Below, piece after piece: positions 27,380 through 37,800 of a stretch of DNA of 64,000 nucleotides. The notes beneath the pieces are model-generated. The model ran no database searches, was not told the DNA's origin, and saw only the letters and a list, made by a program, of their open reading frames with translations. Origin of the DNA: Anthoceros angustus (Eukaryota > Plantae > Anthocerotophyta). The position numbers and the translations under genes are program-made. Each line of letters begins with the position of its first letter. Position 1 is the first letter of the stretch. Location of the stretch: positions 744,001 through 808,000 of the forward strand of contig MU008183.1 of the NCBI GenBank assembly GCA_010909165.1, in the 5' to 3' direction.

Positions 27380-30300
27380 TCATGGAACAAGCACAGCGTT
27401 CCTTTTCGTGACTGCCTCTGACAAGTCCAAACCCTTCTTCACTTTCAAGAAGACCGGTTTCAGCAATGCTTGACTTTTGGGATGCTTATTATCCCCGGCC
27501 ACAAAATTGTGCTTCAATCCATCCACGTCTGTCCACCAGCTCTGGCCTGGCTGCTTCCATGCCCTGACTTTCATTCTTCTCTCCTGCATTTCCTGTGCCT
27601 GCTCCCACATCCGGGCACTGGTGTATATGTTCGACATCAACACATATGCTGAGGTATCTTTCCTGTCAAGCTTTACTGCCTCAATGAAAGAATGGTATCC
27701 CACCTCCACATTGCTCCACTTTCGACAAGCACCCAAAAGCGTGTGCCAAACTCCAGCATTAGGAAGTACAGGCATTGTCCTTACCAAAACTAGCGCCTCA
27801 TCAATTCGGCCTGCACGACCCAGGAGATCCACCATGCATGTATAATGTTCCACTGTGGGAGTGACGCTGCAGTGACTGCCCATAGCTTGAAAGTACTCTC
27901 TTCCTTTGTCCACAAGTCCAGCATGACTGCATGCTGTTAGAACACTAAGGAATGTGATGCTGACTGGCTCTATGCCATCCTCCATCATTCTCTGCACCAA
28001 CTCAAACACCACTTCACTGTCTCCTTGACAGGTGTAGCCTGCAATCAGTGCACTCCAGGCGAAAACATCTGGTTCGGCCAACGCATCAAACACTTGCTGT
28101 GCATCGATCATGCTCCCAGACTTCCCATACATGTTTATCAAACTACCGGCTATAGACAAATTGGATTGAAGCCCCTGTTCTTCAACCTGAGCATGTAGCT
28201 GCCTCCCTAGATGCAGGGCAGCCTCATTTGCACATGCCTTCAGGAGGCACACAAAGGTCACAGCGTTGGGTATAGCGATATCTTCTTCATGCATAGAACT
28301 ATAAAGAGCCAGGGCTTCCTGGCACATGCCCTGCTGGGAATACCCCACAATTAAATGAGTCCACGTTGCCACACTTTTTTCAGCAAGTCCATCAAACACT
28401 GTCCGAGCATCCTCTAGGCTGCCACACTTTGTATACATGTATACCAAACTGCTGCTGGTTAGAAACACGTCAGCTTCATGTCCTCGTTCTCTGATTTGTG
28501 CATGAAGCAGCTTCCCCGTCTCCAAAGCTGGGTAGCCAACGGTTGCACATGCCTCCAGGAGGCACACAAATGCCACCCAATCAGGCACAGCTATGTCGTC
28601 TTCTTGCATAGCACTGTAAAGAAGAAGCGCTTCCTGGGCCATCCCCTGCTGGCAGTATCCTGTAATTAGAGCAGTCCATGCCACAACATCTTTTTGAACG
28701 AGACCATCAAACACTCTCTGAGCATCCTTTAGGCTGCCACACTTTGCATACATATGTACCAGACTATTGCCGACTAACACATCAGTTTCATGTCCGCGTT
28801 CTCTAATCTGCACATGGAGCTGCTTCCCATTTTCCAAAGACCTGGTGCCAACACTTGCACATGCCTGCAGGAGGCACACAAATGTGACAGAATTGGGTAC
28901 AGAGATGCCTTCCTCCTGCATAGCACTGTATAGATGAAGGGCTTCCTCGCCTAAGCCCTGCTGGGAATATCCTGCCATCAGAGCAGTCCATGTCACCACA
29001 TCTTTTTGGTTGAGTTCGTCGAACACACTCCGAGCATCCTCTAGGCTGCCGCACTTTGCATACATGCTTACTAAACTGTTGGCTATGTACACATCTGTTT
29101 CGTGTCCATGTTCCCTAATTTGTGCATGAAGCTGCTTCCCCTTCTCTAATGCCTGGGTGCCTACACATGCACATGCCTGCAGAAGAGACACAAATGTCAC
29201 AGAATTTGGTACAACAATGCCTTCTTCTTGCATATCACTGAAGAGATGAAGGGCCTCCTGACCCATGCCTTGCTGGACGTATCCCGCAATTAGAGCTGTC
29301 CATGTCACTACATCTTTCTCATTAAGTCCGTCAAACACTTTCTGAGCATTGTCCAGGTTGCCACACTTTGCATACATGTTTACCAAACTGCTGGCCACAA
29401 TAGCATCCGCTTGATGTCCATGTTCTCGAATCTGAGCATGAAGCTGCTCCCCCTTCTCCAAAGCTGGGGTGCCCACACTTGCACATGCCTGCAGGAGGCA
29501 CACGAATGTCACACAATCAGGTGCGACCTTGCCATCTTCTGACATAAGACTGTGAAGATGAAGGGCTTCCTGGCCCATGCCATGCAGGGAATATCCTGCA
29601 ATGAGAGCTGTCCAGGTCACTGCGTCTTTTTGACAAAGTTCATCAAACTCCCTCCGGGCATCCTGCAAGCTACCACATTTTGCATACATGTGTATCAAAC
29701 TGTTGGCTACAAACACACCACCTTGGTATCCACGCTCTCTAATTTGTGCATGAAGCTGCTTCCCCTTCTCCAAGGCTGGGGTGCCCACACTTGCACATGC
29801 CTGCAGGAGGCACACATATGTTACAGAATCAGGTACAGTCATGCCATCTTCTTGCATATCACTGTACAGACGAAGAGCTTCCTGGCCCATGCCTTGCTGG
29901 GAGTACCCAGCGATTAGAGCAGTCCATGTCACAACATCTTTTTGGGCAAGTGCGTCAAACTGCCTCTGAGCATCATCTAGGCTGCCACACTTTGCATACA
30001 TGTTTACCAAGCTGTTGCCTACAAACATATCTTTTTGTTTTCCGCATTCTCTGATTTGAGCATGAAGTTGCTTTCCCTTCTCTAAAGCTGGGGTGCCCAC
30101 ACTTGCACATGCCTGCAGGAGGCACAGGAATGTCACGGAATTGGGCTCAACGCCACCTTCTTGCATAGCACTGTAGAGATGAAGAGCATCCTGTCCCCTG
30201 CCCAGCTTGGAGTATCCTGCCAGCAGGGCATTCCATGTTACAACATTTTTATCAACAATTCCATCAAACACACCCTGAGCATCCTCTAAGCTGCCACACT

Positions 30301-31207
30301 TTGCATACATGTCCACCAAGCTACTACAGACAAACAAATCAGGCTCGAGCCCACTGGCCAGCACATCTGCATGCACCTGCTGCCCAGTTTTCAAGTGCGA
30401 TCCCCTTGCACAAGCCTGAAGGGCTGCCACAAATACATGGCCATCTGGCTTCACACTTGACTTGCACATTCGATGATACAGTCGTATGGCCTGCTTGTCT
30501 TGTCCATGTTTGACGTGCGCAGAAATTATGGAAGACCACATGAAGGCATCTGGTGTGGCAGCCACGTTGAACACATCCATGGCATCTTCCAACCTGCCAT
30601 ACGAAGCATACATTCGCAGAATGTGGTTGCACAGGAACGTGTCCGACTGAAACCCATATTTCACCGTTAAAGCATGGACGCGGCGACCCAAAACAAGATC
30701 CTTCTCGACCACACACTTCTTGAGGACAGTATAGAAGAGAGATTTGGAAATGCAACAGTCTGCCTGCACCAGACTTCCCAGAGCCTCGACAGCTACAGTG
30801 AGATAGCCCTGATGACATAGATTGGTCACGGTTTCAGCCGTTACGCCCCTTTCAGATGCTGCAGCCCTGCCAGAATCGGGATCATACTGCAATGTCGTTA
30901 GCCAGAGGACCCCCTCGAACTCCCTATCCCTCGATTCAGGCCAACAGACGCTCTTCTTATCTGGCCTACGACCCTCCCTACAAGATCCATCTCCAGCCAG
31001 ACATCCTCTTGAACATGCTGGTTCCCGTATGAAAATGCTGCACCTAGCCGCCACCGCTTGGTTGCTTGCAGTCAGATGGGCGGGAACTCGTCCTACAATA
31101 CCTCTTATTGCACCATTTTCTTGACTCCACGACGTGGTCCTCAATGGGATAGCCGAGCCGCAACCCCTTGCTATGGTGTAAGTCACATGACTGTGTAGAT
31201 CACACAT
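27380..31207 (-). CDS. PLS-class pentatricopeptide repeat protein (about 9-10 PLS triplets, P2-L2-S2, E1, E2, E+ with PGQSWW box, no DYW deaminase); organellar RNA-editing specificity factor
   Basis: Intronless 1,275-aa ORF. Repeated DVVTWTALIAGY / SVTFVCLLQACA / VGNSLVHMYAKCGSL motifs. Ends VEHYTCMVDLLGRAG...WKQPGQSWWTDVDGLKHNFVAGD with no HxE/CxxC motifs. True start codon uncertain. Confidence 0.95.
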   Translation of the reverse strand: MCDLHSHVTYTIARGCGSAIPLRTTSWSQENGAIRGIVGRVPAHLTASNQAVAARCSIFIREPACSRGCLAGDGSCREGRRPDKKSVCWPESRDREFEGVLWLTTLQYDPDSGRAAASERGVTAETVTNLCHQGYLTVAVEALGSLVQADCCISKSLFYTVLKKCVVEKDLVLGRRVHALTVKYGFQSDTFLCNHILRMYASYGRLEDAMDVFNVAATPDAFMWSSIISAHVKHGQDKQAIRLYHRMCKSSVKPDGHVFVAALQACARGSHLKTGQQVHADVLASGLEPDLFVCSSLVDMYAKCGSLEDAQGVFDGIVDKNVVTWNALLAGYSKLGRGQDALHLYSAMQEGGVEPNSVTFLCLLQACASVGTPALEKGKQLHAQIRECGKQKDMFVGNSLVNMYAKCGSLDDAQRQFDALAQKDVVTWTALIAGYSQQGMGQEALRLYSDMQEDGMTVPDSVTYVCLLQACASVGTPALEKGKQLHAQIRERGYQGGVFVANSLIHMYAKCGSLQDARREFDELCQKDAVTWTALIAGYSLHGMGQEALHLHSLMSEDGKVAPDCVTFVCLLQACASVGTPALEKGEQLHAQIREHGHQADAIVASSLVNMYAKCGNLDNAQKVFDGLNEKDVVTWTALIAGYVQQGMGQEALHLFSDMQEEGIVVPNSVTFVSLLQACACVGTQALEKGKQLHAQIREHGHETDVYIANSLVSMYAKCGSLEDARSVFDELNQKDVVTWTALMAGYSQQGLGEEALHLYSAMQEEGISVPNSVTFVCLLQACASVGTRSLENGKQLHVQIRERGHETDVLVGNSLVHMYAKCGSLKDAQRVFDGLVQKDVVAWTALITGYCQQGMAQEALLLYSAMQEDDIAVPDWVAFVCLLEACATVGYPALETGKLLHAQIRERGHEADVFLTSSSLVYMYTKCGSLEDARTVFDGLAEKSVATWTHLIVGYSQQGMCQEALALYSSMHEEDIAIPNAVTFVCLLKACANEAALHLGRQLHAQVEEQGLQSNLSIAGSLINMYGKSGSMIDAQQVFDALAEPDVFAWSALIAGYTCQGDSEVVFELVQRMMEDGIEPVSITFLSVLTACSHAGLVDKGREYFQAMGSHCSVTPTVEHYTCMVDLLGRAGRIDEALVLVRTMPVLPNAGVWHTLLGACRKWSNVEVGYHSFIEAVKLDRKDTSAYVLMSNIYTSARMWEQAQEMQERRMKVRAWKQPGQSWWTDVDGLKHNFVAGDNKHPKSQALLKPVFLKVKKGLDLSEAVTKRNAVLVP

Positions 31208-31539
31208 GACTGGACATGCAATTCAACAAATGTCCTCGACCAAAACATGAAACCGATCGTTAGAGGTTGCCATGCACAGCTGTAATTCTCTCTTCCACGG
31301 CAACATTCAGTGTGGTGAACATCACATTGTACGTTCATGTTAAACCCTAGTGCAAAACATGCATCATGGAATCCTCCTCAACTGAGCAAGTCCAGCTCCT
31401 GCGGATGTCCCAATGTAGCAGTGAAACAGCAGAGGGGCGGGAAATTAAATACCTCGATGCTGTCTCCTCAACGCAGCTGCCGACGACGATGAGGACTCTG
31501 GTGCACCTGCCGATGGGTCGGCTGCCAACTGACCCCGCA
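31208..31539. promoter_or_regulatory. Probable bidirectional promoter region between the PPR (-) and Ycf54-like (+) genes
   Basis: Divergent candidate start codons only about 330 bp apart. Confidence 0.4.
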
Positions 31540-32543
31540 ATGGCAATGCCCAAATCTCCTGCGCAATTCAGCTCCCCCACTTCTTTCTCTCACTCCATTT
31601 CCCAGGGCAAAACTGTGTTCTGGCAGAAATGGTCATCTTCCCCCCGTGGATCCATCACGCTTGGAACACGCTTGCTCAGGTTCGCATCCTCGCAGCCTTG
31701 GGTTGCTGGAGCTCTCACCTCAGCCGCATCCCGGGCGTCCGATGACGGGGCTCATCTTGAAAGCAAGGTTTGAATTCTCGTCAGTCCTTGACAGAAGTAT
31801 TATGTCGCGAATTCTTGAGCAGGTGACAGTATAGCGGATTTGCTCTGTTGTGCATCCCCCTTACTGTTGTGGGCGCTGTGTGTCGCGCAGGTTTGGTACT
31901 TCGCGATTGCAAATGCTCAGTCGCTTATGTGAGTTCAGGGAGTTGCTCTTGCTTTGAAGCTTTCTATCCACCACTATTGTCTGTTTTCACTGACAACACT
32001 GTTGAATTCTGCGTCAGGTTGGAAGGCGCTGCTCTCGAAACTGTACTCCTGGATGGGATCCAGCGAGCTGAGAGGTGATGTTGCAAGCACGGCACGGCCT
32101 AGGTTTATATTCAGGCGATGTTTGTGGATGAAGCCTGTCCTGTAACATGTGCGTGGACTCATCACCATTGGCAGGGCTGGGAGAGACAGAGACGTGTGGC
32201 TTATCATGGAGCCTGCCTTCTTGACTGAAGATCCTGAACTCGAGTCTCTGAATTCTACGTTGCAGAAGCCTACTGCCGCCATCCTTTCATCAAATGCAGA
32301 CTGGATGCTCACTTATGTGAAAGAAAAGCTGCCTCAGGTACAACATTCAACAAATTTACCTCATCAAGTTTCTCCGGATTGGGTGCTAGAGGACGTCGTG
32401 CCAATAAGTTGCTTTCTCTGCGTGAGCTGGATCAGGCGGTAATAGGCAAGTTCCGTGCTCCCTCGGCTTCAGTTGGAAATCCATTGAAGTCGAACTTGGA
32501 GGCTGGGGGTGATCTCGTGGGCGGAGGAGGAATTTGGCATTAA
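31540..32543 (+). CDS. YCF54: Divergent Ycf54-like protein (DUF2488, Mg-protoporphyrin IX monomethyl ester cyclase accessory factor family) with predicted plastid transit peptide, 197 aa
   Basis: Exons 31540-31767, 31891-31928, 32018-32074, 32175-32337, 32436-32543, all GT-AG and in phase. Spliced product: Ser-rich N-terminus, then VWYFAIANAQSLMLEGAALETVLLDGIQRAERAGRDRDVWLIMEPAFLTEDPELESLNSTLQKPTAAILSSNADWMLTYVKEKLPQAVIGKFRAPSASVGNPL, matching Ycf54 motifs (YF..AN, DFW.V..PAFL, A.VSTN, GEF.APS...P.PL). Confidence 0.75.
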
Positions 32544-33416
32544 CGTGAGAGCCTGTGGGAGTGAGAGGTTCTCTCAAGAAGAAGAACGTAACCTGGAGCA
32601 AACCACGCCACTGTGCAGGTTAGTGAGTATGTCCTTCTACAGTTCGTTTCCTGAGAGGCTCTGAGCTCAACCCGTTTAGCTATGCTCCAGTAGCTAAAGC
32701 ACCTTAACCGCACGACATCCTTTCTTCTTCTCATCCGCTGTCGTTTGAGAATCCATACGCTGCTAGCAAGCTTCAGGAGGGCATGAAACCTTCCTCGACA
32801 TGAGGTTCTCGAAGGCTGCAGCTTCTCAAACTTTCAGTGTGACAGAGTCTTGTTCAATGAAGATTTATTTTTTCGAAAACCGTCAGTTAATCTCAGCGCT
32901 CGTTGGTTTACAGCACGAGCCACTTCTCTGATTCACTAGGTTTACAAGTCCGATGATTCACATTCCCCATCGTGAAGCTTGTTCGATCAGATGCAGGAAC
33001 AGGAAGAGTCTCGAGCGTGCTTATCAGCAAACTGTTTCTCTGTTTGTCTACGTTGGTAGCATTCGAAGAGGGAGGGAAAGGTCATAGACAGGGCATCACT
33101 TCACAGGTATAGGGACTGATGTTCGGTCTTCGAAACGGATCAAGAGCTGAAACGAGGCGATTTCAGTTGCTAACCGCGTTGCTGACACACCTTCATAAGA
33201 GGCAACGGTGTTTAGTCAAGCGAGCTCAATCCCAAATCCCTCCTGACTCTGCGCTCAGTTCGAAGTCACGCAGATCTGGAGGATTGCTATCCCAGCGGAA
33301 CTTCTTGTAGGTTTGCTATGCTGAATTCTCCCCGAAACAGGTTGCAATGCTGATTACAGCTCTAAAGAACCTTGCTGACCTGTTGTTCCTTTGCCTCTAG
33401 GCTGCTGACTGACAAC

Positions 33417-34150
33417 ATGGAGAAGGCGAAGCCTGCTGAAATTGATGGATGTTTTCTGCCTTACACGAACGGACGTGCTCGAAACTACAAAGGGACGCTG
33501 CAGGAGTACGCTCAGGCAGCCGGTGTGAGCATACCTGAATACGAAACCTTCGAAAGGCCTTCCGTGATGAACTGCTATTCGTCAGTAGTTGTTGTAGACG
33601 GAGTTTCCTACAGCAGCAGAGGCAAGCACCGCACCCGCAAGGGAGCCGAGCAGGACGCGGCGAAAGTGGCCATCAAGAAGCTGGAGCTCAGACCGCAGGT
33701 CGTGCCGGAAACAAAGCACCAGGCTAGGTTACCACACCGTTTGAGCTCGCATTTTCTAACACTGTATTCCTCCTTGTGCTCCATCGCAGGACAATCCGTT
33801 GGTCAATTCTCTCCTACGGAATGCCACACACTCACAGCTCAACCTGTCGCCCGGCGTTGTTGAAGAGCTCACCTCGAAAATTTCCTACATCCTGGCTAAG
33901 GAAGATTCCCTGACCGCGCTGAAGAAGGCGAAGGAGGAGTTCGATAGAGCCGTCACCAATCGCAAGCTCAAGCGCCTCGTGCAGGACGCCGTGGAGGAGG
34001 TTGAGTTCAAGTTCCAGCTGGTGAATGACCTGATCCACAAGGTGCGTATACTGTAACCTGGCGTTCCTATCACTGACCTAAATGAAACCCCGCCTGGAAG
34101 AGGCCTGATTTTGCTCTCGTCTGCAGCAAAACAAACACAAACCGAGCTGA
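33417..34150 (+). CDS. Small double-stranded RNA-binding protein with a single dsRBD plus a C-terminal helical segment (DRB-like)
   Basis: NYKGTLQEYAQ...PEY...YSSVVVVDG...RKGAEQDAAKVAIKKL is a canonical dsRBD. Probable exons 33417-33722, 33790-34041, 34127-34150. The first intron needs a GC donor. Confidence 0.75.
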
Positions 34151-34744
34151 ACGAGAGAGCTCTCTGCAGTCTGCAGGAGTCACCGTTGTGCAAGACTTCC
34201 AAAATGCTCCATGCAATGTCTCTGCCTGCTCTGACACACAGATTTCCAGTAGACATGATCTAGATTAGTTCCTTATGAAGACATGACTTTAGACATGAAG
34301 ATAAAGTTAGTTCTGAGCTCATGTACTTCATGATGGAGTCACTTGCATCTGGTAATAAAACTTGGCCCCCGATGGGGTCGGTAGAGGACTTCAGTCCTGG
34401 ACTCCTGCCTGCGTGAGGATATCCTGCCGAGAGTAACTCGAGTCTCCAGCAGTTGGTGGAGAAGAGCACGTTGGAAAGGGAGGAGAGGCTGCAGAGCGGT
34501 GGTTACAGCGAATCCTGGAAAAGAAGCCTCCATGTGCGCTCATCACATCGCGGTGAGTATGCATGCAGGGAATCCTGGATTTGTTTAAGGCTTTTAACCC
34601 AACAGACACTTCGATCATCCCCTGAGCTGATGAGCGCTATATAAGCAAGCGCGGGCGTGCGCTGCTAACAGCCCACATTGCAAGCACGCGAATTCGACGA
34701 AGTCTATCTCTCAATCGGCCGAGTCTCCCCCGGCGACGACAACC

Positions 34745-35784
34745 ATGGCCACCGCAAGGCGCGTCCTGGCAGCTGTGTGCGCGACGCTGCTGGTCGTCCT
34801 CCTGTGCTCGCAGCTGGACACGGCGGCGTGCAAGTCCAACTCGTCCAACAAGCCCGAATGCAGCAGCACCCAGCTCTGCCCCAACAACCAGTGCTGCAAC
34901 AACTACGGCCACTGCGGCTCCACCGAGGCCTACTGCCACAAAGGCTGCCTCTCGCAGTGCGGCGACGGGAAGGGCAAGCCCAAGGGCGGCGACAACGGCT
35001 CGCACTGCTTCCCGGGCGACGCGATCGTGCACCTCGCCGGGGGCCGCACCAAGCGCGTGCGCGAGCTCGGACTCGGCGACGAGGTGGGTTTGCCGGGCAC
35101 TTCACAAATCCCTCTCTCGACAGATGCTCCAATCCAGAATCACGATGGGCTACGCTTCTCCTGCAGGTCGCAGTCTGGAGCTCCAAGACGGGGACCATCG
35201 TCTACGACCAAGTGTACGCGTTCGGGCACAAGGACCCCGACGCGGAGGCCGAGTTCGTCACCATCCACGCCGGCGCGGTCTCCGCGCTCCATCTCACCGC
35301 CCACCATTTCCTTCCGACGGCGACGGGGCCTGCAGGGCCGGCAGCGGTGTACAAGCGAGCGGGGGACGTGAAGATCGGCGACCTCGTGTGGGCGGGAGCT
35401 GGGAACGGCACAGCTCCGAGTGTGAGGGCGGTGAGCGGGATCTCCAGCGTCGTGCGCCAGGGCCTGTACAATCCGCTCACCATGAGCGGGACCATCGTGG
35501 TGGACGGCGTGGTGGCGTCGGTGCACAGCGACTGGTTCCTGGACCCGCTCTTCGACCTGCTGCGCGTCCCGCACCACCTGCCCGCCGCGTACCAGGCCGT
35601 GCTGGCTCCGGTTCGCCTGCTGTACACTGTGCTGGGGAAGCAGGCCTACGGGAGCATCTACAGCGCGCTGGACTCCCGCATCGATCTGGCCAGGTTCGGG
35701 AGCCACCACGGCGGCTCCGTCTTCACGCTCCTCCTCATGCTCGCTTTGTCGGCCACATTCATCTCGTCTTCCAAGAGAAGCTGA
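34745..35784 (+). CDS. Secreted hevein/CBM18 domain fused to a Hedgehog-type Hint (Hog) autoprocessing domain with a hydrophobic C-terminal tail, 318 aa
   Basis: Exons 34745-35083 and 35167-35784 (83-nt GT-AG intron, phase 0). Signal peptide; 8-Cys hevein pattern C39-C45-C50C51-C57-C64-C68-C72; H87|C88-F-P junction; LGLGDEV; T157-A-H-H160; GLYNPLTMSGTIVVDGVVASVHS; hydrophobic tail VFTLLLMLALSATFI. Confidence 0.9.
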
Positions 35785-37619
35785 CTGTCGGACAAACTCC
35801 GGCCAAATGTGCTGCCTGCTTTTACATAGCTTAGAATTAGAGCTAAATACGCATGTAAAGTGACATGACGAAGGATGTATGTAACTACATATGTACATCG
35901 TTTTTTTTCCATCGTTTTTTCCCTCAATAAAATATACTTTCCCTCAAATATACTTTCCCTCACACTCTCTTCACAAAGAGGGTAATAATGTGAACCGAAG
36001 CTCACACTCTTATATCCGAAACACTTTTTATAAAGGTTAATAATATCTTTGGTCATTCATTTAGAGTTTTATTTAATACATATATCATGAAGCCTGTCAA
36101 CCACCTGTGTCTATTTTTATTGAATTAAGTATATATAATTATATATATTAGATAGATTTTTTTGAATAAAAACTTACACTATTAGTAATTCATGATTTAT
36201 ATTAATAATTATATAAGTAAAATAAAATAAATTCAATATCAGAATATAAATTGATGTAAATTCTTTGATTCATATCGTCCTAAAACTAAGTCCTTACACC
36301 ATAACTTCATAGGTAACTCATAACCTATCATTGACACATGAAACACTCCAGAGTTACTATGTCCAAATGGCTTAGGCCAAATGGACACACATTTATAAGA
36401 ACGAATGTCGTGATTAAAAAGCACACCATGGTACAAGTTGTTAAGTACCAAGTCCCATGACGGAAATCCATCCTTAGTGGACTTAAATAAAGGTCTTCTT
36501 CTTCTACTACTACTATGACACATGAAGGCTTCAACATTGACACATGAAACAAATCATGATACGTAGAGAAGCTTCAGTAATCCAAATTGAGGAAATCTGA
36601 TGATGACACATAAAATACATTGTGATGGGTAAAGAAGTTTAGGAAATAGCGAGGAAAATATGAGACTCTCATGCACACAGAGTATGGGATCATGCATAGA
36701 CAAGAGTACCATGGTAGTAGACTTGTTCTCCTATGGAAGCCACTAGATCAAGAAGTACTTGCTCAAGTCCCATAGCGTGGAGGAACCAAGTTGGGTGAAT
36801 CTCAGAGACATAATTCAGCAAGGTATGCCCCTAACCAGTGGGTAATGATTCAGTTCGTAGGGGATAAGGGCAAATTCTATTTTCATGTTTATGGATATGA
36901 AATAGATCTACTTATGGAAAAAAATGAAATTAGGCTAAGTATATAGGTTAGTTTAGGGCGAGGGTTTAGAGTAAATATATGAGGTTCATAGTGGTGAGCT
37001 ATGTGAGACCACAACTTTTGCCAGGCATCTTTTGGAAGATGACCCTTGTTGGCAGTCTTGTGTTGTACTCTTTGCCCTGAAGTAAAGAGCAGCATAGAAG
37101 TAAGCTCTATGACCGCAAGTGACTGCATTTTCTGCTACGGGTCTTTTGGCCTAATGCTGTCCTGTGTAGTTAACAACAATAGGAAAGCACTTGGGCTAGT
37201 TGTGCTCAAGGTCCGCTAGTATGGATTACTTGTGCCCAGTCCCATCATTAGGCTTGCGCTCTAGGGCTAGTTGTGCATTGGGGTCCGAAAATAATCTGGG
37301 TCAAAGTAATTTTTTCATATGTATCAAGATATCCTGATTTGGATTTTGAAAATCCTCCTGACAAAAAAGTAGAGAAGTTTTTTTCCATAAGATGTTGGTT
37401 TATATATAGGAACTCATGAGGAAGAGAAAAATATAAGAAAGTAGAAGACGCACATTACGAAATTTCAAAAGCATGTCTGAGGTAGTAGGTAGACAAAGGA
37501 TGGGCAAGTAAAAGATATCTATAATCATGAGATAGTAGTAGACAAGACATTGACCATTTACCATCTCATGATTGAGACATAGTAGATGAACATACGTACT
37601 CACGAAACACTATTTTCAC

Positions 37620-37800
37620 AACGTATATGAGGATCAATAATACTTCATAGAAACCTTCAAAAAAAGGATGTCGTAAAGCCTGGTGTGCTGTTATTCTATC
37701 TTTACATTGAAAGACAAGTAGCTCTTTAAGTAATGACAAAGTAGTAGGATCAGATTTTGGCAATCGGACTTCAAAAGAATATGTTGCAACCACTGTTGAT
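37620..37800 (-). pseudogene. MAPK-like kinase C-lobe fragment, homologous to the relic at 57.9-58.8 kb
   Basis: FEVRLPKSDPTTLSLLKELLVFQCKDRITAHQALRHPFF aligns at both DNA and protein level with FEVRFSKADPTALSLLKRLLAFQLEDRITAKQALQHPFS (about 58540-58680). Confidence 0.7.

Noticed and set aside
34637-35898. The 368-aa ORF 34678-35784 and overlapping ORFs as the real Hint gene
   Set aside because: The 368-aa frame reads through the intron and has a nonsense N-terminus. The spliced model from ATG 34745 gives a signal peptide, a hevein domain and an intact Hint start.
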